A stretch of DNA of 64,000 nt from an uncultured Desulfospira sp. GTDB lineage: Bacteria > Desulfobacterota > Desulfobacteria > Desulfobacterales > Desulfobacteraceae. The notes below the pieces were generated by a model. It was not told the DNA's origin and did no database searches. It saw only the letters and a program-made list of their open reading frames with translations. The translations under genes were made by a program, and so were the position numbers. Of the stretch, positions 56,206 to 64,000 are shown in pieces; position 1 is the first letter of the stretch, and every line of letters starts with the position of its first letter. The DNA is taken from assembly GCA_963663165.1 (NCBI GenBank), contig OY760175.1, forward strand, positions 6,048,001-6,112,000. The letters are read 5' to 3'.

Positions 56206-58839
56206 TTCAAACGGTGCGGTTGTCCCCCATCTTTGCCTGAACATAATGAAATCATTCCTGTCAACCGTCCCGCTGCCGTCAAAATCGGTATCGGCGTTAC
56301 TGGTGCCCCAGGCCTGCCGGAATGTTATGAAATCGGACCGGTCAACACGCCCGTTATTATCCAGGTCACAATCACACATATTGCCATACCCGTCATTGTC
56401 CGTATCCTTCTGGTCCGGGTTGGCTGTTAAGGAACAATTGTCCAGATAATCGGGCACGGTATCATCGTCGGAATCAATGCCAAGATCCGCCAGGGCGCCG
56501 AAAAGATTAAGATGCCCCCCTGTCAGGGTTTTGCCGTCAAGGGCATTGGCCGGGGCGGACCCCTTAAGAAGTTTGCTTTTTATCTGGGCTGAACCGATTT
56601 GCCCAAATGCCGAAGCCACCAGCGCAGCCGCCCCGGTCACCTGGGGCGTTGCCATGGACGTGCCGCTTAAGTATTCATATCCGTATGTGTTTTCAGGAAC
56701 ACCAATGCCGATATCGTCGATATACACCCCGTCCTTTTGGATGGAGTAATCCGAGCTCATGACAAATTTAAATTTGAACCCGTCCCAGAAATATTTGGGG
56801 GGAATTTCATAGCTGTAAGATTTCCAGGCACCGTCGGAGCTGCCGGCAAATTCTCCGGCTTTTTCCCACCTGGCCGGGGTCGGCGCCACCGCCTCGCTGC
56901 CCGGTTCCCGCCACAGGCCCATGCCGTCTTCGACATCATCAAAGAAAAACACTGTTTGGCCATGGGCAATTTCAACATCATCCAGATAAATTCCGTCTTT
57001 GGTGACGGAATAATCTGTGGTGAGGACAAAAGCGGCCATAAATCCCGGGGCAAGGTACGCGTCAGGGACAGCAATGGAAAATTCCTCCCACCCGGCGGTA
57101 TGGTCCCCGTCAATGGCCAGCATGGATTCGGACCAGGTGTCACCGTTATCCTTGCTGAAATAGACGTCCAGGGAATCATAGCCGGATTCCACGATGCCGG
57201 TGAGCTTGAACTTAAATTCGGTTCCCGGTAAAGCCTTGGAAAGGTCTACCCCGGGCGACAGCAGCCATTGCTCCTTGTTGTTGGTGTATTCCCCGCCGGG
57301 GCTGTCGGTCCATGAGGATATGCCCGAAGCCGCCTTTTCCAGGGTGATTTGCCACGCCTCGGGAACAATGGGCGCTCCGGCCGGTTCCCCGGCAGTTCCC
57401 GGCGCAAGGTACCATACCTGCAAGGCGTCAAAATAGCCGTTGGCATAGACCTGTTCCATCTCATGCAAAGCCTTGAATCCAATGGAAAGCGGCGTTTCAA
57501 TGCCGGACAGGTCAATGGTGCGGCTAATGGCCGCAATGTCGGTTGATTTTTCATATGTCCCGCCCGGGCTGTCAGATAAGGCATGGGAGGGGCTTGATGC
57601 GTTCTCCTGGGTTATGGCCCAGGTTTCCTCCAGGGTAAAGTTGCCGGTTCCCGACTCAAGATCATCATAGAATACGGCATTGCCCGGATCAGGCTCATAA
57701 GCTGTTTCGTGCAGGTAAGTGCTTAAAATATCCTGGCCCGGTGCGCCCAGGTCAACGGTGGCAGCCCCGTAATTTGAAAAATAGGCCAGGCCCCCGTCAC
57801 TGTCTGTAGCGGCCACACTGATTATATTTTCCAGGGGATAGGAACTTGGATAATGGCCTGACCCCGAGGTTGAGTCATTGTTGGCCGCATCATTTCCGGC
57901 GGCGGCAACAAAGAGGATCCCGGCCTGTCCGAGGGCTTCAATGGCCTCCTGTTCAACGGTGTCCGGATCGCCGGTAAACCCAAAGGATGCATTGACCGCC
58001 ACAATATTGATATGTTCATATGTCTTCATATAAAGCAGGTAATTGATGGCTTCAAGCTCCATGGTTGTACTCATCCCGTCAGAATCCTGTTCAAAGCCTT
58101 TCAGGGCCATGATGCCCACCTGCCAGTTCACCCCGGCAACCCCAATTCCATTATTGCCTGAGGCCCCGATAATACCGGCACAATGGGTGCCGTGGCCGTC
58201 ATAATCCATGGGGTCTGAGTCTCCGTCACCGGAATCAATACCATAAATATCATCCACATACCCGTTGCCGTCATCGTCTATATGGTTTCCGGCAATTTCC
58301 CCCTCATTTACCCAGATATTGGCGGCCAGGTCAGGATGGGTATAATCCACCCCGGAATCAAGCACCGCAACCACCACATCCCTTGATCCTGTAGTGATGT
58401 CCCAGGCAGAATCCGATGCCATATCAAAGCCTTTGGTGCCGGGATTTGAATGGCACCACTGCTGCGTATAATACGGGTCATCGGGCAATGTGTTTTCAAG
58501 ATAACGGTAAACCACCGGCGAGACCGTGACCCCGCTGCTCTTTTGATTAATCTGTGAGAGTCCTTTATCCGCCTCTTCTTCCTTTGTTTCTATGACGTAG
58601 TACGCCCTGCCCGTAAATTCGGAAAGGGTGGTAAACCGTTTGGGGCCAAGGGATTTTTCATTTTTGAAAATGCTTTTCAGGGCATATTCTGCCCCGGCCT
58701 GGTCAACACTGAGAATATATTCTTTTTTGCCGGTTTTTTGATCTGCTGTTGATGCATGGCCTGCCAAGGCCTGGCCGGATATCAGGAACAGCGCGGCCAG
58801 CAGGGCCAGGGTAAACCCGGCGATATTGTTTTTTTTCAT
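56203..58839 (-). CDS. Secreted S8 (subtilisin-like) serine peptidase with inserted beta-sandwich domains and TSP3 + dockerin-like C-terminus
   Basis: VAVLDSG, GHGTHCAG, AAGN, GTSMATP catalytic motifs; DNC....N.DQ.DTD.DG.GN.CD; two D.D..G.VDR.DF..FRQ.WG repeats. Start moved to MKKNN at 58839. Confidence 0.92.
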   Translation of the reverse strand: MKKNNIAGFTLALLAALFLISGQALAGHASTADQKTGKKEYILSVDQAGAEYALKSIFKNEKSLGPKRFTTLSEFTGRAYYVIETKEEEADKGLSQINQKSSGVTVSPVVYRYLENTLPDDPYYTQQWCHSNPGTKGFDMASDSAWDITTGSRDVVVAVLDSGVDYTHPDLAANIWVNEGEIAGNHIDDDGNGYVDDIYGIDSGDGDSDPMDYDGHGTHCAGIIGASGNNGIGVAGVNWQVGIMALKGFEQDSDGMSTTMELEAINYLLYMKTYEHINIVAVNASFGFTGDPDTVEQEAIEALGQAGILFVAAAGNDAANNDSTSGSGHYPSSYPLENIISVAATDSDGGLAYFSNYGAATVDLGAPGQDILSTYLHETAYEPDPGNAVFYDDLESGTGNFTLEETWAITQENASSPSHALSDSPGGTYEKSTDIAAISRTIDLSGIETPLSIGFKALHEMEQVYANGYFDALQVWYLAPGTAGEPAGAPIVPEAWQITLEKAASGISSWTDSPGGEYTNNKEQWLLSPGVDLSKALPGTEFKFKLTGIVESGYDSLDVYFSKDNGDTWSESMLAIDGDHTAGWEEFSIAVPDAYLAPGFMAAFVLTTDYSVTKDGIYLDDVEIAHGQTVFFFDDVEDGMGLWREPGSEAVAPTPARWEKAGEFAGSSDGAWKSYSYEIPPKYFWDGFKFKFVMSSDYSIQKDGVYIDDIGIGVPENTYGYEYLSGTSMATPQVTGAAALVASAFGQIGSAQIKSKLLKGSAPANALDGKTLTGGHLNLFGALADLGIDSDDDTVPDYLDNCSLTANPDQKDTDNDGYGNMCDCDLDNNGRVDRSDFITFRQAWGTSNADTDFDGSGTVDRNDFIMFRQRWGTTAPFE

Positions 58840-58940
58840 TTGCTTGCCTTTTCCTTTCAAGAGATCAGGCTCAAGGGGGTCAGGCCCAAGGATATCAATA
58901 TCCACCAGCCTTTGCCCAACCGCTTTGAGCCTGACAACCA

Positions 58941-59597
58941 TTAGTCTTTAATCCTGGGGCGGTTCAGCCCGGTAAGGCCAAGCAGGCCTGCCCCGAAAAG
59001 GAAAAAGGCACCGGGCACCGGAACGGCAGAAACGTTCCCGGTGATGGTGATTCTGTAATCCCCGTAATCGCCCTCACCTTCGGAGTATGGAATGATCGCT
59101 ATCTGATTGAGGCCGGCAACGGCTTCGTCCACCGAGAAGTAGCCTGGGGGGTATCCACAGCTGCTGATGGCAATAATATAATCCCCGGCTTCAAAATCCT
59201 GGGAAATGTAGGCGTCATTTCCCCGGATAGTGCCGTCATTCCCTAAGCTGGCAAAGTTGTCGTCATTGGAGACATAGATATTCCCAGAAGAAAGCGAACC
59301 TTTGAATATGTGGACGGAAGCATCGATAAAAGATTGTTCTCCATCCTGATTGACATCTTTCCAAGACCAGTCATCAGGATCCTTTTCCCATGACAGAACG
59401 TCAATGGTAACGGTTCCGGCCTGGGCAACGGTAAAGTTCCAGTAGTCAACAGAAATGGTATCCAGACTTGTATCGTCTGCATCGTAGAACTCCTGGATAA
59501 TGGCACCCTCCATGACAAGCGTTGCTGCATTTGCCAGGGGAATGGTGAACATCCATAAAAATAAGGCCAGTAAAAGCAAACCTGTTTTCCGTTTCAT
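58941..59597 (-). CDS. PEP-CTERM protein with DVUA0089/PPC-like domain
   Basis: VDYWNFTV...GTVTIDVLSWE, SNDD, DAYIS....AGDYIIAI; VPVPGAFFLFGAGLLGLTGLNR. Confidence 0.85.
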   Translation of the reverse strand: MKRKTGLLLLALFLWMFTIPLANAATLVMEGAIIQEFYDADDTSLDTISVDYWNFTVAQAGTVTIDVLSWEKDPDDWSWKDVNQDGEQSFIDASVHIFKGSLSSGNIYVSNDDNFASLGNDGTIRGNDAYISQDFEAGDYIIAISSCGYPPGYFSVDEAVAGLNQIAIIPYSEGEGDYGDYRITITGNVSAVPVPGAFFLFGAGLLGLTGLNRPRIKD

Positions 59598-60164
59598 TTA
59601 TATTTTCCTTTTTTTTCTTAATCCGGCAAGCATGATAAGACCTGATCCCAGAAGGGTTATCCCTCCCGGGACAGGGACAGCTGAGAGGGTGGCCAGGTCC
59701 AGGTCAACAACACTGTACTTTTTGGTTCCCGGTTCCAGGACAAAGGACCAGTTGTCTCCGGCCGTTATCATGTCACCGGGGTTGACCAGGAATACCTGTT
59801 CCACCCAAAGCCATTCTTCGCCGTTCCAATCGTTGGAGTAGACAAGGTCGTCCAGCAGGAAACGGGAATTGTCTCCTTCCATATAGAGTTTCCACTGCTC
59901 CCGGTCATTGTTGCTGTTGCCGGCATGGCGCAGGGTCATTTCATAGGATATTCCCTCTTGTGCGGCAAACCCGTTGAAGCTGAAATAAAAAGGCGTATGG
60001 CCGCTTGAAGAAACACTTCTGTAATCGCGTTCTTTTACCCCGTCAATGATGTTGTACCAGTCAATTTTGTTGTTTGCATTGGTCTGGGCATAGGCGGCAA
60101 AGGCTGTTGCACTTGACCCGGCCACCAGGGCCAGGACGCAAAACAATATGAATAATTTTTTCAT
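59598..60164 (-). CDS. PEP-CTERM (VPLPA-type) protein
   Basis: Signal peptide ending TAFA; VPVPGGITLLGSGLIMLAGLRKKRK. Confidence 0.88.
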   Translation of the reverse strand: MKKLFILFCVLALVAGSSATAFAAYAQTNANNKIDWYNIIDGVKERDYRSVSSSGHTPFYFSFNGFAAQEGISYEMTLRHAGNSNNDREQWKLYMEGDNSRFLLDDLVYSNDWNGEEWLWVEQVFLVNPGDMITAGDNWSFVLEPGTKKYSVVDLDLATLSAVPVPGGITLLGSGLIMLAGLRKKRKI

Positions 60165-60175
60165 TGGCGCTTCCT

Positions 60176-60790
60176 TTAGGCCCTTCTAAGGCCGGCAAGG
60201 GCGACAAGGCCTGTGCCCAAAAGAAGAACCGCGCCGGGAACCGGTACGGCAGACCCCGTGCTTTTCACCGTTACATCATCCACCTGGTATTCATAGTATG
60301 ACCATTCAGGCTGGTAGTATTCAAAGGCAAGCATCAGCTGCGTGGTGCCCTCAGCAAGGGTGATCTCCCAGGAGGCAGCCCCCTGAAACGTTTGGGTCCA
60401 CTCCTGAAGAGAGGTCCAGGTAGTCCCGTTATCAACGGAATAGGAAACGTCTGCATAACCGTCGGTTGTATCATGCTGATAGCTGACCTGTGCGATTACG
60501 GTAATACTCCCCACACCCGTCACGTCAATTCCCGGGCTGACCAGGGTGTCGTACCAGTCATCGGCCCAGGAACTGTAGGAATCGGCCATGGCAAATCCGC
60601 CGCTGCCGCCGGTAAAATTCCAGGAGCCGTTGCTGCTGTGTTCCCAGGTATACCCGTCACTATTGTTGTCGTTTACGGTCCAGCCTTCCAGGCCTGAACC
60701 AAAGTTTTCCGAAAAAAGAATATCTGCACCGGCGGTTGCGGCAACACTTAAAAAGAGAACCACCAAAAAGGTTATCCCTGTTTTTTTCAT
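60176..60790 (-). CDS. PEP-CTERM protein with choice-of-anchor-J / cleaved-adhesin-like domain
   Basis: ENF...L.GWTV.DNN.DG.TW, LVSP.ID, S.DNG.TW, VDDV.V; VPVPGAVLLLGTGLVALAGLRR. Confidence 0.85.
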   Translation of the reverse strand: MKKTGITFLVVLFLSVAATAGADILFSENFGSGLEGWTVNDNNSDGYTWEHSSNGSWNFTGGSGGFAMADSYSSWADDWYDTLVSPGIDVTGVGSITVIAQVSYQHDTTDGYADVSYSVDNGTTWTSLQEWTQTFQGAASWEITLAEGTTQLMLAFEYYQPEWSYYEYQVDDVTVKSTGSAVPVPGAVLLLGTGLVALAGLRRA

Positions 60791-61068
60791 TTCAATTACT
60801 CCTTATTTTAGTTATGCGGTCATTATAAAAATATCTTTAACTAACTTATTTGCAAATAAAAACCCTCTGTGTAACTTGTTCCTCCTTATCATTTTTCCTT
60901 AAAATTTTAAAAAAACCGGTCGGGTTATTGTGAACCTCTCTTCACTTTTCCTGCTGGGCGATCCATACATCAGCTAATCTGTTGTGTCAAACTTTTTTTA
61001 AAATTTTAATATTTTTTTAATCTACAAATAAATTTTTATTAATTATTATTTTACATAAAAAAATCTTT

Positions 61069-61110
61069 TTTTGTTGACATAGATTGGATTTTGCTCTAAC
61101 AAACAATTCC
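61069..61110 (+). promoter_or_regulatory. Promoter/operator block matching the one upstream of the TonB receptor
   Basis: TTTTGTTGACATAGATTGGATTTTGCTCTAACAAACAATTCC. Confidence 0.6.
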
Positions 61111-61230
61111 GTGTTTTACAAATATCATTGGAAGATATTATTTTTAATTGCAGCAAAAACTATGAATGTCTCGACTAGTTAATCTTGCGTATAGACCGAT
61201 GTCGAGTAAAACCGAAAAAAAGGAGAAAAA

Positions 61231-62910
61231 ATGAAACAACGGTTCAGAAAAATCATTGCCACCGGCGCAATGATATTCATGTCAGGCTTTTTAGCTTCTG
61301 CGGCTATGGCTGATCCCAATTTCATGGTAAACGCCGCCACCTCGGGCACCGATGCCTTTTATGCGGTGGATACCACCCCCGGGGGGGGTTCTGTCGGCTT
61401 TGGCCAGACCGACGGTGATGTCGTGGCCGCCAAATTCAACCCTTACGGGAACATGGAATGGGCCCGGGCGTTTACCGATATCGGCGGCAGCAACTGCAAC
61501 AGCGGTGCCGCCGGTGACGACGGGATTTTCCTTACCGGCCGGGTTTCCGCCACCCAGTTGTGGATGGCCAAACTCAGCTTCCAGGGAGACGTTATCTGGC
61601 AGATGCAGTATGAATACGGCGGCTACTCCGGCCCCAACCTCATCGGCGTTTCCGTGGCCCCCACAGAAGACGGCGGCTGCCTGGTTCAGACCCGAATCAA
61701 ACCCAATGCGGACAATAACTATGATATCGGTCTGCTGCGGCTGGATGCCGACGGTGGCCTGCTATGGTCCAAAATCTACGGCACAGCCAATTATGACAGT
61801 ACCGGTGTGGTGATTGCCACCCAGGACACACAGGGCAATGCCGACGGTTTCCTTATCGCCACCCAGGAAGACGGCTGGGGCGGTGCTGCCCTTGACAACG
61901 AGATTATCCTGATCAAAATCAACGACAGCGGCGTTAAACAGTGGGTTAAAGCCTATGCCGGGTATGACTCGGCTGATTCCTTTGACGGCAACGAGTTCTT
62001 CAAGGGGATTACCCAGACCGCTGACGCCGGGTACGCCGTGGTGGGGCAAAGTTATTCAGCCGCTGACCCGTCCTGGACTTCCAACATCCGTATACCCTAT
62101 CTGCTCAAGGTGGACAATGCCGGTGCCGTAGTCTGGGGCAAGCGCTTCGGATCCCTGACAACCAATCCCGGCGACCACGCCTTTACCTACAGCGATGTGG
62201 CCCAGGCCATCAACAATACCGACCTGATTGTGGCCGGCCATACCCATGAAGCCAAGTTCTGGCTGCTGCGGTTTGCGGCTGACGGCAGCCTCCTCAACGA
62301 GATTGCCTATCCCTCAACTGATTCCGCATACGACCAGTTGGGCAGCATTGCCCCGGCACTGGACGGCGGCGCCGTGGCATCCCGCTGGTCCAAATCTTTT
62401 GGCGCGGGCGACTATGACGCGTTCATGATGAAGTTTGATGCCGATCTTAGCTTTAGCGGCACCGATTGCGACGGCGGATTTGATCCGGCATCCGAAATTG
62501 CCGCCATGCGCTTTGATGCCCAGGACGTTACCGAAAACTGCCGCGAGGAGGATATCACTGACCAGTGGACCGTATCAGCGGCAACTGCGGATGTTTACAA
62601 TCCCGGATTCTACCTGTGGTATTGCGCCGAAAATGCCGACACAGACGGCGACGGTGTATACGACCACCTGGACAACTGCCCGCTCACAGCCAACGCCGGC
62701 CAGGCCGACACCGACGGCGACGGCACCGGCAATGCCTGCGACTGTGATCTGAATAACGATGGAAGCGTAAGCCGCAGCGACTATGTCCTGCTCCGCAATC
62801 TGTGGAACAGTTCAGACGAAGCGGCTGACTTCAACGCTGACGGCAAAGTGAACCGGTCTGACTACATCATCTTGAGAAACCTGTGGAACACCAGCTATCC
62901 CTGGTATTAA
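61231..62910 (+). CDS. Secreted repeat (probable beta-propeller) protein with TSP3 + dockerin-like C-terminus
   Basis: Signal peptide; repeated K.D..G...W.K.YG and T.DGG blades; DNCP..AN..Q.DTDGDG.GN.CD; two D.N.DG.V.RSDY..LRNLWN repeats. Confidence 0.82.
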   Translation: MKQRFRKIIATGAMIFMSGFLASAAMADPNFMVNAATSGTDAFYAVDTTPGGGSVGFGQTDGDVVAAKFNPYGNMEWARAFTDIGGSNCNSGAAGDDGIFLTGRVSATQLWMAKLSFQGDVIWQMQYEYGGYSGPNLIGVSVAPTEDGGCLVQTRIKPNADNNYDIGLLRLDADGGLLWSKIYGTANYDSTGVVIATQDTQGNADGFLIATQEDGWGGAALDNEIILIKINDSGVKQWVKAYAGYDSADSFDGNEFFKGITQTADAGYAVVGQSYSAADPSWTSNIRIPYLLKVDNAGAVVWGKRFGSLTTNPGDHAFTYSDVAQAINNTDLIVAGHTHEAKFWLLRFAADGSLLNEIAYPSTDSAYDQLGSIAPALDGGAVASRWSKSFGAGDYDAFMMKFDADLSFSGTDCDGGFDPASEIAAMRFDAQDVTENCREEDITDQWTVSAATADVYNPGFYLWYCAENADTDGDGVYDHLDNCPLTANAGQADTDGDGTGNACDCDLNNDGSVSRSDYVLLRNLWNSSDEAADFNADGKVNRSDYIILRNLWNTSYPWY

Positions 62911-62946
62911 CCATAAAATCACATCTATATCTTTGGAGAAAATAAC

Positions 62947-63522
62947 ATGAAAAAGCACATGATTACCGTATTAACCCTTTTGTTCCTGGCCCTGGCGGCA
63001 ACCGCTGCCCAGGCCGCCCTGACCACAGAAAACTTTACCGGCACCATCACCACCGCAGCAGACGGCAACGTCTTCGGCGTATCCTCAGGCGACATCTTCA
63101 CCTGGTCCACGACCTATGATCTGGAAACATACCTGGCCAGTGATAAATGGCTGGTCATTGGCGACAGCGAGGACATGGCCCTGTCCGTAACCGTGGGCAG
63201 CCGCACCTTTGTCGAGACTGATGATGACTGTTATGGTGACGGTTTCATGGGTGCACCTTTGTTAAAGTTCGACAACGATAACAACATTATCGCTATCAGC
63301 TTTACGGTAAGTGATTATGACAACGGCTACCAGTTTATCACTAATACCAATAACGGAACCTTTAAGATTTACCTGTTGGACGAAGAGGGCGAAAAAGCAG
63401 GCACCGAAATCACCGGTGTTTTTTCCTTCGAACCTGCTGCCGTACCGGTACCCGGGGCCGTCTGGCTGCTGGGTTCCGGGCTGTTGGGCCTTGCCGGCCT
63501 GGGCCGCCGGTCCCAATCCTGA
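62947..63522 (+). CDS. PEP-CTERM (VPLPA-type) protein
   Basis: Signal peptide ending AAQA; VPVPGAVWLLGSGLLGLAGLGRR. Confidence 0.9.
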   Translation: MKKHMITVLTLLFLALAATAAQAALTTENFTGTITTAADGNVFGVSSGDIFTWSTTYDLETYLASDKWLVIGDSEDMALSVTVGSRTFVETDDDCYGDGFMGAPLLKFDNDNNIIAISFTVSDYDNGYQFITNTNNGTFKIYLLDEEGEKAGTEITGVFSFEPAAVPVPGAVWLLGSGLLGLAGLGRRSQS

Positions 63523-63538
63523 TTTTTTGATACAGTTC

Positions 63539-63578
63539 AAACCGGCCGGGCCGCTGAAAAAATCAGCCCGGCCGGTTT
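63539..63578 (+). terminator. Stem-loop (terminator or processing hairpin)
   Basis: AAACCGGCCGGGC / GCCCGGCCGGTTT. Confidence 0.55.
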
Positions 63579-63645
63579 CATAAATTCCCAACTGCTGGCA
63601 GCTAACGGCTAATGGCTGACAGCTAACATACAGGAGTACCCCGCC

Positions 63646-64000
63646 TTGAAAAAACGATTTGGCGGCCTTTTAACGGCCGCATTATTTTTGGTGGCCATGA
63701 CCACATCAACAGCCTTGGCCAAGGGAGCGGATTATATCAAAAACCACCCCGGGGCCGATGCTTCCCCGGCCTACGTGGAAGGCCGCCTGTTGATTAAAAT
63801 GAAATCCGGCGCCTCAACCAGTGCCGTGCACAGCAAACTGATGAAGCTTTCGGCCTCAACCAGGACCGTCGGCGCCGGGGCCGCTGTTTTTAAGCGCTTC
63901 CCGGCAATTAAGGCCCGCAGCGGCCAGGACCTGGTAATGATGAGCTGTCCGGGCCGGACCACGGAAGAACTGCTCAAGTCCTTTCAGGGCCGGGAGGATG
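63646..64000 (+). CDS. Partial CDS (runs off window): secreted protein, probably a second S8 peptidase prodomain
   Basis: Manual translation from TTG behind AGGAG: MKKRFGGLLTAALFLVAMTTSTALA...PAYVEGRLLIKMK..., open to the window end; Y..G.L.IK.K resembles S8 propeptides. Not in the ORF track. Confidence 0.65.
   Translation, partial: MKKRFGGLLTAALFLVAMTTSTALAKGADYIKNHPGADASPAYVEGRLLIKMKSGASTSAVHSKLMKLSASTRTVGAGAAVFKRFPAIKARSGQDLVMMSCPGRTTEELLKSFQGRED

Overview
A 64-kb chromosomal window from an anaerobic, probably sulfate-reducing deltaproteobacterium; gene content and intergenic repeats look Desulfobacteraceae-like, which is inference. Core content: a divergent glutaryl-CoA dehydrogenase / Na+-pumping glutaconyl-CoA decarboxylase (gcdCADB) locus, Cache protein + MCP, a PAS-GGDEF-EAL protein, two head-to-head PrmA-like methyltransferases, a DEAD-box helicase, uraA-upp, priA, a sigma-54 activator with a CGGC protein, aldA, Mrp, two tandem REC-REC-HD-GYP paralogues, mlaEF, LOG, an MBL-fold RNase, shikimate kinase and murJ. 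Accessory content: seven PEP-CTERM (VPLPA-type) surface proteins, a TonB-dependent receptor beside a 1167-aa multi-module surface protein, a NitT/TauT-type ABC importer, and secreted proteins with TSP3 + dockerin-like tails. There are two intact insertion sequences with readable terminal repeats and target duplications (an IS66 and a two-gene element carrying a DUF4338/DruA-like gene), an IS66-type MITE and several dispersed repeat families. The most notable signal is one uncharacterised extracellular module present five times across three genes, displayed on two different anchor types, in two loci 32-38 kb apart that also share a near-identical promoter block: a candidate surface ligand-capture system. 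No rRNA, tRNA or CRISPR array was seen.
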